Shown: positions 32,258 through 41,775 of the stretch, piece after piece
Position numbering within the stretch: position 1 is the first letter of the stretch
Layout of the letters: each line of letters begins with the position of its first letter
NCBI GenBank assembly: GCA_036523395.1
Contig: DATDEH010000122.1
Coordinates: 28,429-92,428 of the forward strand
Direction of reading: 5' to 3'
Origin: Candidatus Limnocylindria bacterium
GTDB lineage: Bacteria; Chloroflexota; Limnocylindria; P2-11E
DNA: 64,000 nt
Program-made: the position numbers and the translations under genes
The notes under the pieces: generated by a model
What the model was told of the DNA's origin: nothing
The model's input: the letters and a program-made list of their open reading frames with translations, nothing else
Database searches by the model: none

Positions 32258-32977
32258 ATGAGATCTGTTCTTACGGCCGCTGGCGCCGGGATGCTGATGC
32301 TCTTCAGTCTGGTCTTCGTCTCGGCCGATCAGGCCAGTGCGAATGACGGTCCCCTCTGCACCACGACCGTCGGCTTCCTACCGACGCTCTGCGTGAGCAT
32401 CCCGCTCCCCGCAATCGTGCGGCGAGATGACGCGATCCCCACGACCGTCGCGAAGGATCGGACCGTTACGGCGCCGCAGGCTGACATCGCTCCGCGAACT
32501 GTCGAGATCGAACCAGGTGCGTCCGATATCCAGAGCGAGCCTGAGCGGGCGCAACCCGAGGCCCGAGCGCTCGAACCTGTATTCGACCTCGATGACCTTC
32601 GCGCTTACGCGCGCGACGCAGCCATCAGGCAGGGAATCGACCCCGTCCTCTTCGTGCGTCAGATCGATGCGGAGTCGGCGTTCGACCCGAACGCGGTCTC
32701 GAAGGCGGGCGCCGTCGGTATCGCGCAGCTCATGCCGGCACTGCATCCCGCAGTTGACCCCACCGATCCGTACGCGTCGCTGGATTACGCCGCGCGGCTC
32801 ATGCACGTGTACATCGCGCATTTCGGGAACTGGCGTCTTGCGCTCATCGCCTACAACGCCGGCCCGGGCCGCCTCATGCCTGGGAATCCCGCGTACCTGC
32901 CGACCTCGACGCTCCTCTCGAACTCGTTCGGCGGCGGTGAGACGAAGCGCTACGTCGCGAGGGTCCTCGGCCGTTAG
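32258..32977 (+). CDS. secreted lytic transglycosylase (SLT domain)
   Basis: Signal peptide. SLT catalytic block ESAFDPNAVSKAGAVGIAQLMP…YNAGPG. Its N-terminal 50 aa are homologous to the N-terminus of 30865..32034. Confidence 0.7.
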   Translation: MRSVLTAAGAGMLMLFSLVFVSADQASANDGPLCTTTVGFLPTLCVSIPLPAIVRRDDAIPTTVAKDRTVTAPQADIAPRTVEIEPGASDIQSEPERAQPEARALEPVFDLDDLRAYARDAAIRQGIDPVLFVRQIDAESAFDPNAVSKAGAVGIAQLMPALHPAVDPTDPYASLDYAARLMHVYIAHFGNWRLALIAYNAGPGRLMPGNPAYLPTSTLLSNSFGGGETKRYVARVLGR

Positions 32978-32986
32978 CGCGAGCTG

Positions 32987-33667
32987 CTAGCGGGCGGAGT
33001 CCTTCTCGAGCATGCCGCGGTTGTGCACGAACAGCGCGGCCTGCGTCCGATCCGTGAGCTCGAGCTTGCTGAAGATGTTGGAGATGTGCGTCTTCACGGT
33101 GCGCTCGCTGATGCCGAGCTGCGCGCCGATCTCCTTGTTCGCCCGACCGCTGGCGACGAGTCGCAGCACCTCACGCTCTCGCGGCGTGAGATCCGAGTAC
33201 ACATCGGTCTCTGACGACGGTGTTCCGCTGCGCAGCTGTCCGAACTCGTCTAAGACGCGGCGCGCGACCGACGGGTAGATGAGCGAGAAGCCGTCGGCCA
33301 CGGTGCGGATCGAGTTCGTGAGCTGCGTTGCGGTGACTTCCTTTAATAGGTAACCCGACGCACCGGCCCGGATCGACGAGAACACGAGATCGTCCTCGTC
33401 GTAGTTCGTCAGCACGATGACACGGGCCGACGGGACGTAATTGCGCACCCGCCGCGTCGCGGTGACGCCGTCCCAGTCGCCCATGTTGATGTCCATCAGC
33501 ACGACGTCCGGCAGCAGCTCTTGCGCGAGCTCGAGCGCGGCGTGGCCGTCGCCCGCCTCGCCGACCACTTCGATGTCCGGCTCGGTCTCGAGGATCGTGC
33601 GGAGACCGCTCCGGACGACGGCGTGGTCGTCGACGATGAGGATCCTGATGCGGCGCTTCTCGTTCAT
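32987..33667 (-). CDS. NarL/LuxR-family response regulator
   Basis: RILIVDDH…VLMDINMGDWDG…, LuxR HTH (LTPREREVL…SERTVKTHI). The ATG overlaps the upstream kinase stop (ATGA). Confidence 0.8.
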   Translation of the reverse strand: MNEKRRIRILIVDDHAVVRSGLRTILETEPDIEVVGEAGDGHAALELAQELLPDVVLMDINMGDWDGVTATRRVRNYVPSARVIVLTNYDEDDLVFSSIRAGASGYLLKEVTATQLTNSIRTVADGFSLIYPSVARRVLDEFGQLRSGTPSSETDVYSDLTPREREVLRLVASGRANKEIGAQLGISERTVKTHISNIFSKLELTDRTQAALFVHNRGMLEKDSAR

Positions 33668-35331
33668 CGACCGAGGAGCCTCGCGAAGAATCCGACCCGC
33701 TCCTTCGACTCTTCGACGGCCTCGGTGGGCTCGACGTGGTCGCCCGCCCGACGACCGTAGTTCTGGATCCGCACCGATTCGGTGGCGTACGGGATGCTCG
33801 CGCGGACGATGCTGCCCTTGCCGGGCTCGCTGCGGACCACGAGGTGCCCGCTCGCTGCCTCGGCGCGCTCGCGCATGCCGACGACGCCGAAGTGGCCGCG
33901 GTCCTCGGCGCCGCGGAACGTCTCCTCGACGTCGAAGCCCTTCCCGTCGTCCTCGACGGTGACGACGACCCCATCCTGGTCGTAGAGGAGAGCGACCTTT
34001 GCGGTCGTCGCGCCCGCGTGCTGCGCGACATTGCGGAGCGCCTCGCCGACGATGCGGATGACCGCACGCTCCACGACCGTGTCAAGCTCGCGTGGCTGCC
34101 CGCTCTCCTCCATCTGCACCTGTAGACCGGTCTGCCGCCGCAGGTCGTCAACGAGGCGGCCGAGGGTGACGGGGAGATTGAGCCCGCCCGTCACGCTCTG
34201 GCGCAGCGCGGTCATGTACTGGCGCACGTCCATGAGCGTCGCGCGCGCGTCGCGCGATGCCTTCGCGAGCTGCGGTCCGAGGAGCGCGGGGTCCTTGTCC
34301 AGCGCGCGCTGACAACCTTCGAGCGCGAGCACCACACCGGTGAGCTCCTGCGCGAGACCGTCGTGCAGCTCCTGCGCGATCTTTCGCCGCTCGGCCGACA
34401 CGCCTTGATCGACGACATCGGTCGACGTCGATCGCTGCAGCAGACCGACGAGATACTCACCGACGCTCACGCTGAAGTCGGCGTCGTCCTCCGAGTACTT
34501 CGCGTCCGCGCGTGCGGTCACGAGGACGCCGAGGGCGCCGATCGGTGTCACGAGGAAGTTCGCGCCTTCTGGCGGGGCCCACGCGGGCATCGTTTTGAGC
34601 TCGCCGAAGGTGCCACGCGCCGCGCGCTTCTCGCGGAGCACCGTCGCGAGCACGGTGTCCGATTCATCGACGGGCACCTCGGACGTCGCCTTGTCGTAGC
34701 CGGTGCCCGCACGAAAGCGCAGTCGATGCTCGGCGAGGGCCCAGATGCCGACCGCGTCGTGACCGAGAGCGCCGGCGAGCATCATCGCCGCGCCCTCGAG
34801 ATCGCTTTGGACGTCGGTGCCGAGCGTCGCGAGCCGCGAGAGCTCGAACAGCACCATCGCCTGCTTCCGGTCGTCCTCGGCCTGATGCAGGCGTGCTTCG
34901 ATCTCCTGCGTCTGTTTGCTCGAGCGCCACATCGCGTTCGCCTCAGCGAGCTCGAGGCCCGCGAGCTCCGCGAGTCGCGTGAGCGTCGGGATGTCGGCGT
35001 CGCCGATCTCGCGCCCGGCCACGAAGGCTGCGAGCGCGCCTGCGATCTGGTCGCGCCACACGATCGGCGCGGCGAGCAGCGTCTCGGCGTCGCGCCCGTC
35101 GCCGAGGTGCAGGGCACCGTTCTGTAGCTGCTCGGTCGATCCGGTCTGTACGACGCGCAGGAGCGCTTCGCCTGCGGCGCCCTCCCACGCGGTCTGCGGG
35201 ATGTTGTGCGCCGCGTAGGTGGAGAGACCGGACTGGCCTGGGAGAACGATGGCGATCCCGTCGAGCCTGCCGAGCGCCGCGAGGTGGGCGAGGCGCGCCG
35301 ACCAGAAGTCAGCGCTGTTCCTGCTGCTCAA
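33664..35331 (-). CDS. cytoplasmic sensor histidine kinase, GAF–GAF–HisKA_3–HATPase (NarL-partner type)
   Basis: H-box ERRKIAQELHDGLAQ, ATP-lid GHFGVVGMRERA, two N-terminal GAF-like blocks, no TM segment. Confidence 0.75.
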   Translation of the reverse strand: MSSRNSADFWSARLAHLAALGRLDGIAIVLPGQSGLSTYAAHNIPQTAWEGAAGEALLRVVQTGSTEQLQNGALHLGDGRDAETLLAAPIVWRDQIAGALAAFVAGREIGDADIPTLTRLAELAGLELAEANAMWRSSKQTQEIEARLHQAEDDRKQAMVLFELSRLATLGTDVQSDLEGAAMMLAGALGHDAVGIWALAEHRLRFRAGTGYDKATSEVPVDESDTVLATVLREKRAARGTFGELKTMPAWAPPEGANFLVTPIGALGVLVTARADAKYSEDDADFSVSVGEYLVGLLQRSTSTDVVDQGVSAERRKIAQELHDGLAQELTGVVLALEGCQRALDKDPALLGPQLAKASRDARATLMDVRQYMTALRQSVTGGLNLPVTLGRLVDDLRRQTGLQVQMEESGQPRELDTVVERAVIRIVGEALRNVAQHAGATTAKVALLYDQDGVVVTVEDDGKGFDVEETFRGAEDRGHFGVVGMRERAEAASGHLVVRSEPGKGSIVRASIPYATESVRIQNYGRRAGDHVEPTEAVEESKERVGFFARLLGR

Positions 35332-35347
35332 CCTTCCCCCTTCGCGC

Positions 35348-37657
35348 TCAGGCGATGGACGCTTCGCCCTCGATCCGGAACTCCAGTACGTTGCGGGTGC
35401 CGGACACGAGACGCAGCTGCGGCTCGGCGATCACGCGCAGCCCGCTGGCGAACTCCTCCGTCGTCATAGGAGAACGCAGCGCCACTGTCAGTGTCGCTAT
35501 GCCGCCGCGGAAGTCTCGGACGTACAGAGACCGTACGGTTGGTAGCGACTGGATACGACGCTCGACCTCCACCAGACGGGCGAACGAACGGACCGGCGAG
35601 AGCACCAGCTGAAGGTCGGTCGTCGGTGCGCCGGCCTCCACTCTCGCTGGGGGCACTTCGCGACCCTCGAGGGCTCGAAGCGGTGGCGGGACCGGCTGCT
35701 GGGCAGCGGCAGCGCGCGCTGCGGCGGCGCGACGCTCGCGCTCGGCCTGAAGCTCGGCGGCGACCTGTTCGGCTGCGGCCTGTTCTGCCATCGCGCGCTC
35801 GGCGGCGGCCCGCTCCGCGGCCGCGCGTTCCGTAGCCGCGGCGTGTTCGGCGGCTGCGCGTTCCGCCGCCGCGCGCTCCGCGGCCGCGCGTTCGGCGGCG
35901 CGCTGCGCGGCGGCGCTCTCAGCGAGCGCGCGCTCCGCCTCCGCACGTCGCTGCGCCGCGGCACGCTCGGCCTCGGCGCGCTCGTGCGCCGCGCGCTCAG
36001 CGGCGGCGTGCTCCGCGGCCGCGCGGAGCTCCTCCTGCGCGCGTCGCTCCTCGGCCGCGCGACGCTCCTCGATCGCGCGGTCCATCGCGGCGCGCTCTGC
36101 GACCGCTCGCCGTTCTTCTTCCGCCCTCCGCTCCGCCGAAGCGCGGCGTTCTACCTCGGCGCGTAGCTCGTCCGCGACGCGGCGTTCTTCGGCGGCGCGT
36201 TCTTCTTCGAGGCGTCGCTCTGTCGCTGCCTGCTCGGCTGCGGCGCGTTCCGCCGCCGCGTGCTCGGCTGCGGCTCGCTCCTCGTTCGCGCGCTGCTCCT
36301 CGTGAGCGCGTCGCTCCTCGGCGGCGATCCGCTCCTGTATCGCGCGCTCCATCGCGGCTGTCTCGGCCGCGGCGCGCTGCTCTTCTTCGGCACGACGCTC
36401 TTGCGCGAGCCGTCGCTCTTCCGCGGCGCGCTCCGTCGCCGCGCGATCCTCGGCGGCGTGCCGCTCCTCGATCTCGCGCGCTTCGGCCGCGGCGCGACGG
36501 TCTGCCGCAGCTCGTTCGGCGGCCGCGCGCTCTTCAGCGGCGCGGGCCTCTTCTGCTTCACGCTCGATGGCCGCGCGCTCCGCTGCCGCGCGCTCTTCCG
36601 AAGCACGGCGCTCTTCTTCCACGCGTCGCGCTTCTGCGGCGCGACGATCTTCAGCGGCGCGCTCTTCAGCGGCGCGCAGCTCTGTAGCGACACGCTCATC
36701 TTCGGCGCGACGCGCCTCGTCGGCTACGCGCCGCTCCTCCGCGGCACGCATCTCTGCGGCCTGCCGCGCTTCTTCGACCTGCCGCGCTTCTTCGACCTGC
36801 CGCGCTTCTTCGGCGAGTCGTTCTTCTTCGGCGCGCTCCTGCGCGGCACGCTGCTCTTCCTCGATGCGTCGCAGCTCGGCCGCAGCGAGCCGCTCTTCTT
36901 CGACGCGCCGGCCTTCCGCAGCGGCTCGTTCCTCTTCCTCGACGCGCCGAGCCTCGGCGGCTTCGTCGATAGCCGGGAAGACCTCTTCGTCCTCGAGTGT
37001 CGCGAAGACCTCGTGATCTTCGACGCGGTGCGCCTCCGCGGCAGGCCGCACGTCGTCCTCGAATGGCTGCTCGGCGATCGTCTCCGGGGCGACGACGATC
37101 TCTGGTCGAGCGACGGTCTCTGGTGCGGCGGCGACCGGCTCGTCGACCGTCGGCCAGGATTCTTCGATGCGCGGCGCGGCCGGCCGCGCGACGGGGGGAG
37201 TGGCGCGCTCGAGCGGTGGGGTCGGCGCGCGGCGGTACTCGTCGATCAGCTCTTCGAACAGACCGCGCAGCGCCTCCGATGCAGCGACGCGCATGTCGGA
37301 CGGACTGGCGTCGGCGGCGACTGGCCGACCGACAGGCGCGATCGCGCCGCGGCGCTGCTGCGCGATGTCGTCCTGGAGCTGGTCGTGCTCTTCGCGAAGC
37401 CGCTCGATCTCCTTCAGGAGCATCCGGCGTTCTTCGCGGGCCTGCTCGAGGATCTGCGAAGCCGTGGTCTCCGCCCGCTCGCGGATCTCGTACGCGGCGC
37501 GCAGGGCGCTCGCAAGCGCTTCCTGGGCGGTGGCGTCGTACTCCTCGTAAATGGCCGCTCGGCGCTGGGCGACCTCAAGATCGGCCTGGAGCTGCGTGAC
37601 GCGCTTGGCGAGCTCCGCCACCCGTGCGGACAGGGCAGCGACGATGTCGTTAGAGCT
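35348..37657 (-). CDS. DivIVA-like coiled-coil protein with ~500-aa Ala/Glu/Arg low-complexity coiled-coil and distinct C-terminal domain
   Basis: The N-terminus (VAALSARVAELAKRVTQLQADLEVAQRR…ILEQAREE) resembles a DivIVA coiled coil. Long (AAERAAAER)n-type repeats follow. The C-terminal ~100 aa are non-repetitive. GTG 37657 follows AAGG. It lies 16 nt upstream of the kinase gene. Confidence 0.5.
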   Translation of the reverse strand, partial: SSNDIVAALSARVAELAKRVTQLQADLEVAQRRAAIYEEYDATAQEALASALRAAYEIRERAETTASQILEQAREERRMLLKEIERLREEHDQLQDDIAQQRRGAIAPVGRPVAADASPSDMRVAASEALRGLFEELIDEYRRAPTPPLERATPPVARPAAPRIEESWPTVDEPVAAAPETVARPEIVVAPETIAEQPFEDDVRPAAEAHRVEDHEVFATLEDEEVFPAIDEAAEARRVEEEERAAAEGRRVEEERLAAAELRRIEEEQRAAQERAEEERLAEEARQVEEARQVEEARQAAEMRAAEERRVADEARRAEDERVATELRAAEERAAEDRRAAEARRVEEERRASEERAAAERAAIEREAEEARAAEERAAAERAAADRRAAAEAREIEERHAAEDRAATERAAEERRLAQERRAEEEQRAAAETAAMERAIQERIAAEERRAHEEQRANEERAAAEHAAAERAAAEQAATERRLEEERAAEERRVADELRAEVERRASAERRAEEERRAVAERAAMDRAIEERRAAEERRAQEELRAAAEHAAAERAAHERAEAERAAAQRRAEAERALAESAAAQRAAERAAAERAAAERAAAEHAAATERAAAERAAAERAMAEQAAAEQVAAELQAERERRAAAARAAAAQQPVPPPLRALEGREVPPARVEAGAPTTDLQLVLSPVRSFARLVEVERRIQSLPTVRSLYVRDFRGGIATLTVALRSPMTTEEFASGLRVIAEPQLRLVSGTRNVLEFRIEGEASIA

Positions 37658-37739
37658 ATTCACGCGGCCTTCGGCCAACGTGGACCGCCTTTCTTCCTCG
37701 CCTCTCCCCGCGCGAGGCCCCAGCGTACACAATTCAGCC

Positions 37740-38345
37740 GTGGCGAAGAAGGACAAGAAGGGCAAGAAGGACCCGGAGGCTCCCGTCGACCTGGCTGCGC
37801 GGATCGGCGCTCGTCCCGAGCCGCCGCCGACGGCGATCCCCGCGCAGCCTCCAAAGAAGGCAGAGCCCCCGCAGCCAGCGCGGCTCGATGCTCCGTTACC
37901 ACCGCGCCGCACCGAAGAGCGGCCGCGTGAGGAGCGTGCGCGCACGACGCCACCGGCTGCGACGCCGCCGGCGCAGGACCCAGGCTCGATGGAGTGGCCG
38001 TCGCCGATCCCGCCGCTCGACGCTCGCGTCGAGCCTGCGATCCCATCAACGCGAACGCCACCCGGACCGGGCGAGACTGATCTCGTTGTGACACCTCTCC
38101 CCACCCCTGACGACTGGCATCGGTTCGAGCTCGCGCTGCGCCGCGTTCGCGGTGTGGGGCAGCTGAAGACCGAGTACTACCGACACTCGGTGTTGAAAGT
38201 GCGCGTCAGCTACAGCGGTGCGGATCGTCTCGCGCACCTGCTTCGCGCCGGCATTCCCGGGTACCGCGTGCGCGTGATCGGCGAAGATCGAAAAACGCTC
38301 CAGATCCTCGTCGCATCGGAGTCGGACGAACGCCGACCCGGCTGA
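37740..38345 (+). CDS. hypothetical protein: Lys-rich N-terminus, Pro-rich linker, C-terminal ~80-aa domain
   Basis: GTG 37740 (VAKKDKKGKKD…). The C-terminal block LVVTPLPTPDDWHRFELALRRVRGVGQLKTEYYRHSVLKVRV… resembles the C-terminus of the divergent coiled-coil protein. Confidence 0.4.
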   Translation: MAKKDKKGKKDPEAPVDLAARIGARPEPPPTAIPAQPPKKAEPPQPARLDAPLPPRRTEERPREERARTTPPAATPPAQDPGSMEWPSPIPPLDARVEPAIPSTRTPPGPGETDLVVTPLPTPDDWHRFELALRRVRGVGQLKTEYYRHSVLKVRVSYSGADRLAHLLRAGIPGYRVRVIGEDRKTLQILVASESDERRPG

Positions 38346-38385
38346 GTCGGGCCTGCCGGCCCTGGACAGCCCCTAGACTCGGTCG

Positions 38386-39669
38386 ATGAGCTCAGACCTC
38401 GAACGCCGCGCGAAGCGCGTGCTCTCACCACTTCCCGGCCGCTACACCTGGCTGCCGCTCGACCGCGGCGAAGGCAGCTGGCTCATCACCAAGGACGGCC
38501 GCCGCGTGCTGGATCTCACCTGCGGCATCGCCGTCACGAATGTCGGCCACGCGCATCCGAAGGTCGTGAAGGCGATCAGCGAGCAGGCCGCGAAGCTCAT
38601 GCACATATCGACCGGCGTCGCGACGTACGAGTCGAACATCGCGCTCGCCGAGGCGCTCGGCACCGTGACGCCGCGCGGCCTCGACACGGTGTTCTTCGGG
38701 AACTCGGGCGCTGAGGCCGTCGAGGCGTCGATCAAGCTCGCGCGCCAGTTCACGAAGCGCCAGGCGATCATCGCGTTCCGCGGCAGCTTCCATGGCCGCA
38801 CCGCCGGTGCTCTCACCGTGACGACCTCGAAGTCGTCGTATCGCCTCGGCTACGGTGCGATGCTGCCCGAGGTCTACATCGCGCCCTACCCATACGCCTC
38901 GACCTGTCCGATCAAGCCGGCGCACGACGCGGCGACGTGCGCGGAGCACTGCCTCGCCGAGCTCGAGACGATGCTCGAGCACGAGGTCCCGCCGGAGCAC
39001 GTCGCTGCGATCCTCATCGAGCCGGTCCTCGGCGAGGGCGGCTACGTCGCGCCACCCAGCTCGTTCCTCGTTGCGCTACGCGAGCTCGCGACGCGCATCG
39101 GCGCATTGCTCGTGATGGATGAGGTCCAGACCGGCTTTGGCCGCACCGGCGCGTGGTTCGCGACGCAGAAGCACGGCGTCGATCCCGACATCCTCGTCCT
39201 CGCGAAGGCGCTCGGCGGCGGACTGCCGCTCGGCGCGATCGTGACGTCGCGCGAGATGCAGGAGAAGTGGATCTCCGGCACGCACGGCTCGACATTCGGC
39301 GGCAATCCCGTGTCGTGCGCGGCGGGTCTCGCATCGTTCGAGATCATTCGCGACGAGGGCCTCGTCGCGCGCGCGGAGCGACTGGGCGAGCTCATGGTGA
39401 AGGAGCTGGCGCCGCTGCGATCCGATCCACGCGTGCGGGAGATCAGGCGATTCGGCGCGATGGTCGCGATGGAGTTCGATACCAAGGCCACCGCGAAGGC
39501 CGCGATCGCCGGCGCGCTCGAGCGCGACGTGCTGCTGATCACGTGCGGCGCGCACGACCAGGCCGTCCGCTTCATCCCCGCGCTCAACATCGCGGAGGAC
39601 GACCTGCGCCTCGGCGTGCGTGCGCTCGTCGCGGCCGCGACCACCTCCAGGACACCGACACCGGCCTGA
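38386..39669 (+). CDS. class-III PLP-dependent aminotransferase (GabT/ArgD/LysJ-like)
   Basis: GNSGAEAVE…, DEVQTGFGRTG, and a PLP-Lys in the LAKALGGG region. 427 aa. Confidence 0.8.
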   Translation: MSSDLERRAKRVLSPLPGRYTWLPLDRGEGSWLITKDGRRVLDLTCGIAVTNVGHAHPKVVKAISEQAAKLMHISTGVATYESNIALAEALGTVTPRGLDTVFFGNSGAEAVEASIKLARQFTKRQAIIAFRGSFHGRTAGALTVTTSKSSYRLGYGAMLPEVYIAPYPYASTCPIKPAHDAATCAEHCLAELETMLEHEVPPEHVAAILIEPVLGEGGYVAPPSSFLVALRELATRIGALLVMDEVQTGFGRTGAWFATQKHGVDPDILVLAKALGGGLPLGAIVTSREMQEKWISGTHGSTFGGNPVSCAAGLASFEIIRDEGLVARAERLGELMVKELAPLRSDPRVREIRRFGAMVAMEFDTKATAKAAIAGALERDVLLITCGAHDQAVRFIPALNIAEDDLRLGVRALVAAATTSRTPTPA

Positions 39670-39788
39670 CACCGGGCTGATCCAGCCCGAAGGTCACCTC
39701 GTGCTCGGCATTCGGTCCTGATTCAGTCCTGGTTAAGCGTCGTCCTCCGCGTCGCCACGTTGTAAACGTCGAGACGGGGAGGTAGGCG

Positions 39789-40493
39789 ATGCAGACACCC
39801 AGCACTGCGTTGCTCGTCGAGGACGATCCCCAGGTCGCGGCGACGCTGCGACGTCATCTGGCGCGCGCGGGCTTTGTCGTGTACGACGCGAGCAATGAGC
39901 GAGAGGCCGTTCATCGCGTCGAAGAGATCGCGCCCGATGTCGTCATCCTCGATATCGCGCTCGACAGCGGTGGTGCGGACGCGTGCCGCCGCATCCGCGA
40001 GCTTGCGTCCGGTGGCGACGTCCCGATGCTCGTGCTCTCGGCCGCGCAGGACGTGACCACGAAGCTCGCGGCGTTCGAGCTCGGCGCGGACGACTTTGTC
40101 ATCAACACCTGCGACCCATCAGAGCTGCTGGCCCGCGTGCGCGCGATCCAGCGTCGTGGCGCTGATCGCCGCACGGTGCGGCGCATCGGTCCGCTCCGCA
40201 TCGCGCTCGCGACCGGCGACGCGTGGCTTGCCGATCATCAGCTCGATCTCACGAACGGAGAGCGCGCCGTGCTGGTCGAGCTCGCTCGCGCGTATCCCGG
40301 TCTCACCGCACGCACGGCGCTCGACCGCCGGCCCGACCAGGAGCACGAAGTGAGCTCGAACGTGACCGAAGTACTGGTCGCCCGCCTGCGTCGAAAGATC
40401 GCGGCCGCGGGCGGCGGCGTGGAGATCAACGCGGTCCGGCGGTCCGGTTATGTGCTGCGACCGATGGCGACCACCGCAGACATCCCCGTCTAG
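39789..40493 (+). CDS. OmpR-family response regulator
   Basis: ALLVEDD…VILDIALDSGG…, C-terminal winged helix (…RSGYVLRP). GGGGAGG SD. Confidence 0.75.
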   Translation: MQTPSTALLVEDDPQVAATLRRHLARAGFVVYDASNEREAVHRVEEIAPDVVILDIALDSGGADACRRIRELASGGDVPMLVLSAAQDVTTKLAAFELGADDFVINTCDPSELLARVRAIQRRGADRRTVRRIGPLRIALATGDAWLADHQLDLTNGERAVLVELARAYPGLTARTALDRRPDQEHEVSSNVTEVLVARLRRKIAAAGGGVEINAVRRSGYVLRPMATTADIPV

Positions 40494-40573
40494 GAGCCAT
40501 TCGGGCCAGCACGTTCGTACGGGGGGCCGGTCAGGTCCCGTTCAGGAACCCCGCCTACGGTTCGAACCTGCGC

Positions 40574-41173
40574 ATGGGCGAGTTTTTCGGGGGCCTCGCA
40601 AGTGGCGAGCGTTGCGAACGTGGTCAGGCGATCGTCGAGGTCGCTCTGATCCTGCCGCTGCTCGTATTCCTCATCGTCGGGACCATCGAGTTCTCGCTGC
40701 TGTTGAACGCACGCAACACCGTGAGCTTCGCCAGCCGCGACGGCTCGATGCTCGCGGCCGAGGGCGGTAGCCGCGCGGGCACCGACTGCGTCGTTCTCCA
40801 GGCGGTCGAGCGCGATCTCGTCGCGCCGGCGAGCGCGATCAAGGTCACTCAGATCAAGGTCTATTGGTCCGATCAGAACGGCGACGAGATCGGCAGCAAC
40901 CACAACCTCTACACGCGCGGTGGCTCGACGACGTGCGATTACGGCGATGGGACCTCGATCACGGTCCCGTACTCACTCACGACCGCGAGCTACATCGAGG
41001 ACATCCGCTGCGACGTGCTCGCCGGCTGCGGTGGCTCGCACACTTCGCTCGACACCGTCGGCGTCGAGATCACCTACGTCCACCTCTGGCTGACGTCGTT
41101 CGGTCGCATCACGGGCGGCACGGGTCTCACCTTCAACGTGGCGAACACCACGCGGATCGAGCCGCAACTGTGA
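40574..41173 (+). CDS. TadE-like pilus-assembly/pseudopilin protein
   Basis: N-terminal TadE motif RGQAIVEVALILPLLVFLIVGTIEFS. Confidence 0.65.
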   Translation: MGEFFGGLASGERCERGQAIVEVALILPLLVFLIVGTIEFSLLLNARNTVSFASRDGSMLAAEGGSRAGTDCVVLQAVERDLVAPASAIKVTQIKVYWSDQNGDEIGSNHNLYTRGGSTTCDYGDGTSITVPYSLTTASYIEDIRCDVLAGCGGSHTSLDTVGVEITYVHLWLTSFGRITGGTGLTFNVANTTRIEPQL

Positions 41174-41775
41174 GCCTCTTCCGGCGCGACGAGCGCGGCC
41201 AGGCGGTGCTCGAGTTCGCGCTCCTGCTGCCGCCGCTGATCCTCATCCTCGTCTTCGGCATGATCGAGATCGGCTCGGCCTTCAGCCACAACATGTCGAT
41301 CGCGTCGGCGACGCGCGAGGGCGCGCGGATGGGCAGCAACCTCGCCAACGGCGGCGGTCCGCTGGGGTGTGGGGTGGGGCAGTCGCCGAACGCCGCCAGC
41401 GTCGATCCCCGGATCATCGCCGCGGTCGAGAAGATCCTCACCGGCACCGGCACGCTGGTTTCGCTCGCTGATGTGACCGAGATACGGATCTTCAACGCCA
41501 CGGCCACCGGGGCGGAGAACCCGGGCTTCGTCAACAGCTGGGTCTATACGCCCGGGGCCGGCCCTGTGATCGACGGCGATCCCCTCGACTTCTCGCCGTC
41601 CGGCGGGACCGGCTGGGCCGCCTGCGCGCGCAACAACGCCCTTCCGGCGGACAGCCTCGGTGTGACCGTGAGATACACCTACCGAGCGCGCACGCCGCTG
41701 CGGAGCTTCATTCCGTTCCTGAACACGATCCCGATGGTCGACAAGACCGTGATGACGCTCAATGCGACGCGGTAA
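41172..41775 (+). CDS. TadE-like protein (second copy)
   Basis: ERGQAVLEFALLLPPLILILVFGMIEIGSAF. GTG overlaps the upstream stop (GTGA). Confidence 0.65.

Noticed and set aside
35843-37930. Plus-strand ORFs 35843..36166, 36260..37930, 36567..37016 and 36997..37599
   Set aside because: They are antisense readings of the Ala/Glu/Arg low-complexity coiled-coil gene and are poly-Arg/Ser/Ala artefacts.
38386-39669. Assignment of the class-III aminotransferase as lysJ
   Set aside because: It lies 16 kb from the lysWXYZK cluster and the family cannot be split into LysJ, ArgD or GabT by eye. It is kept as a generic class-III aminotransferase.
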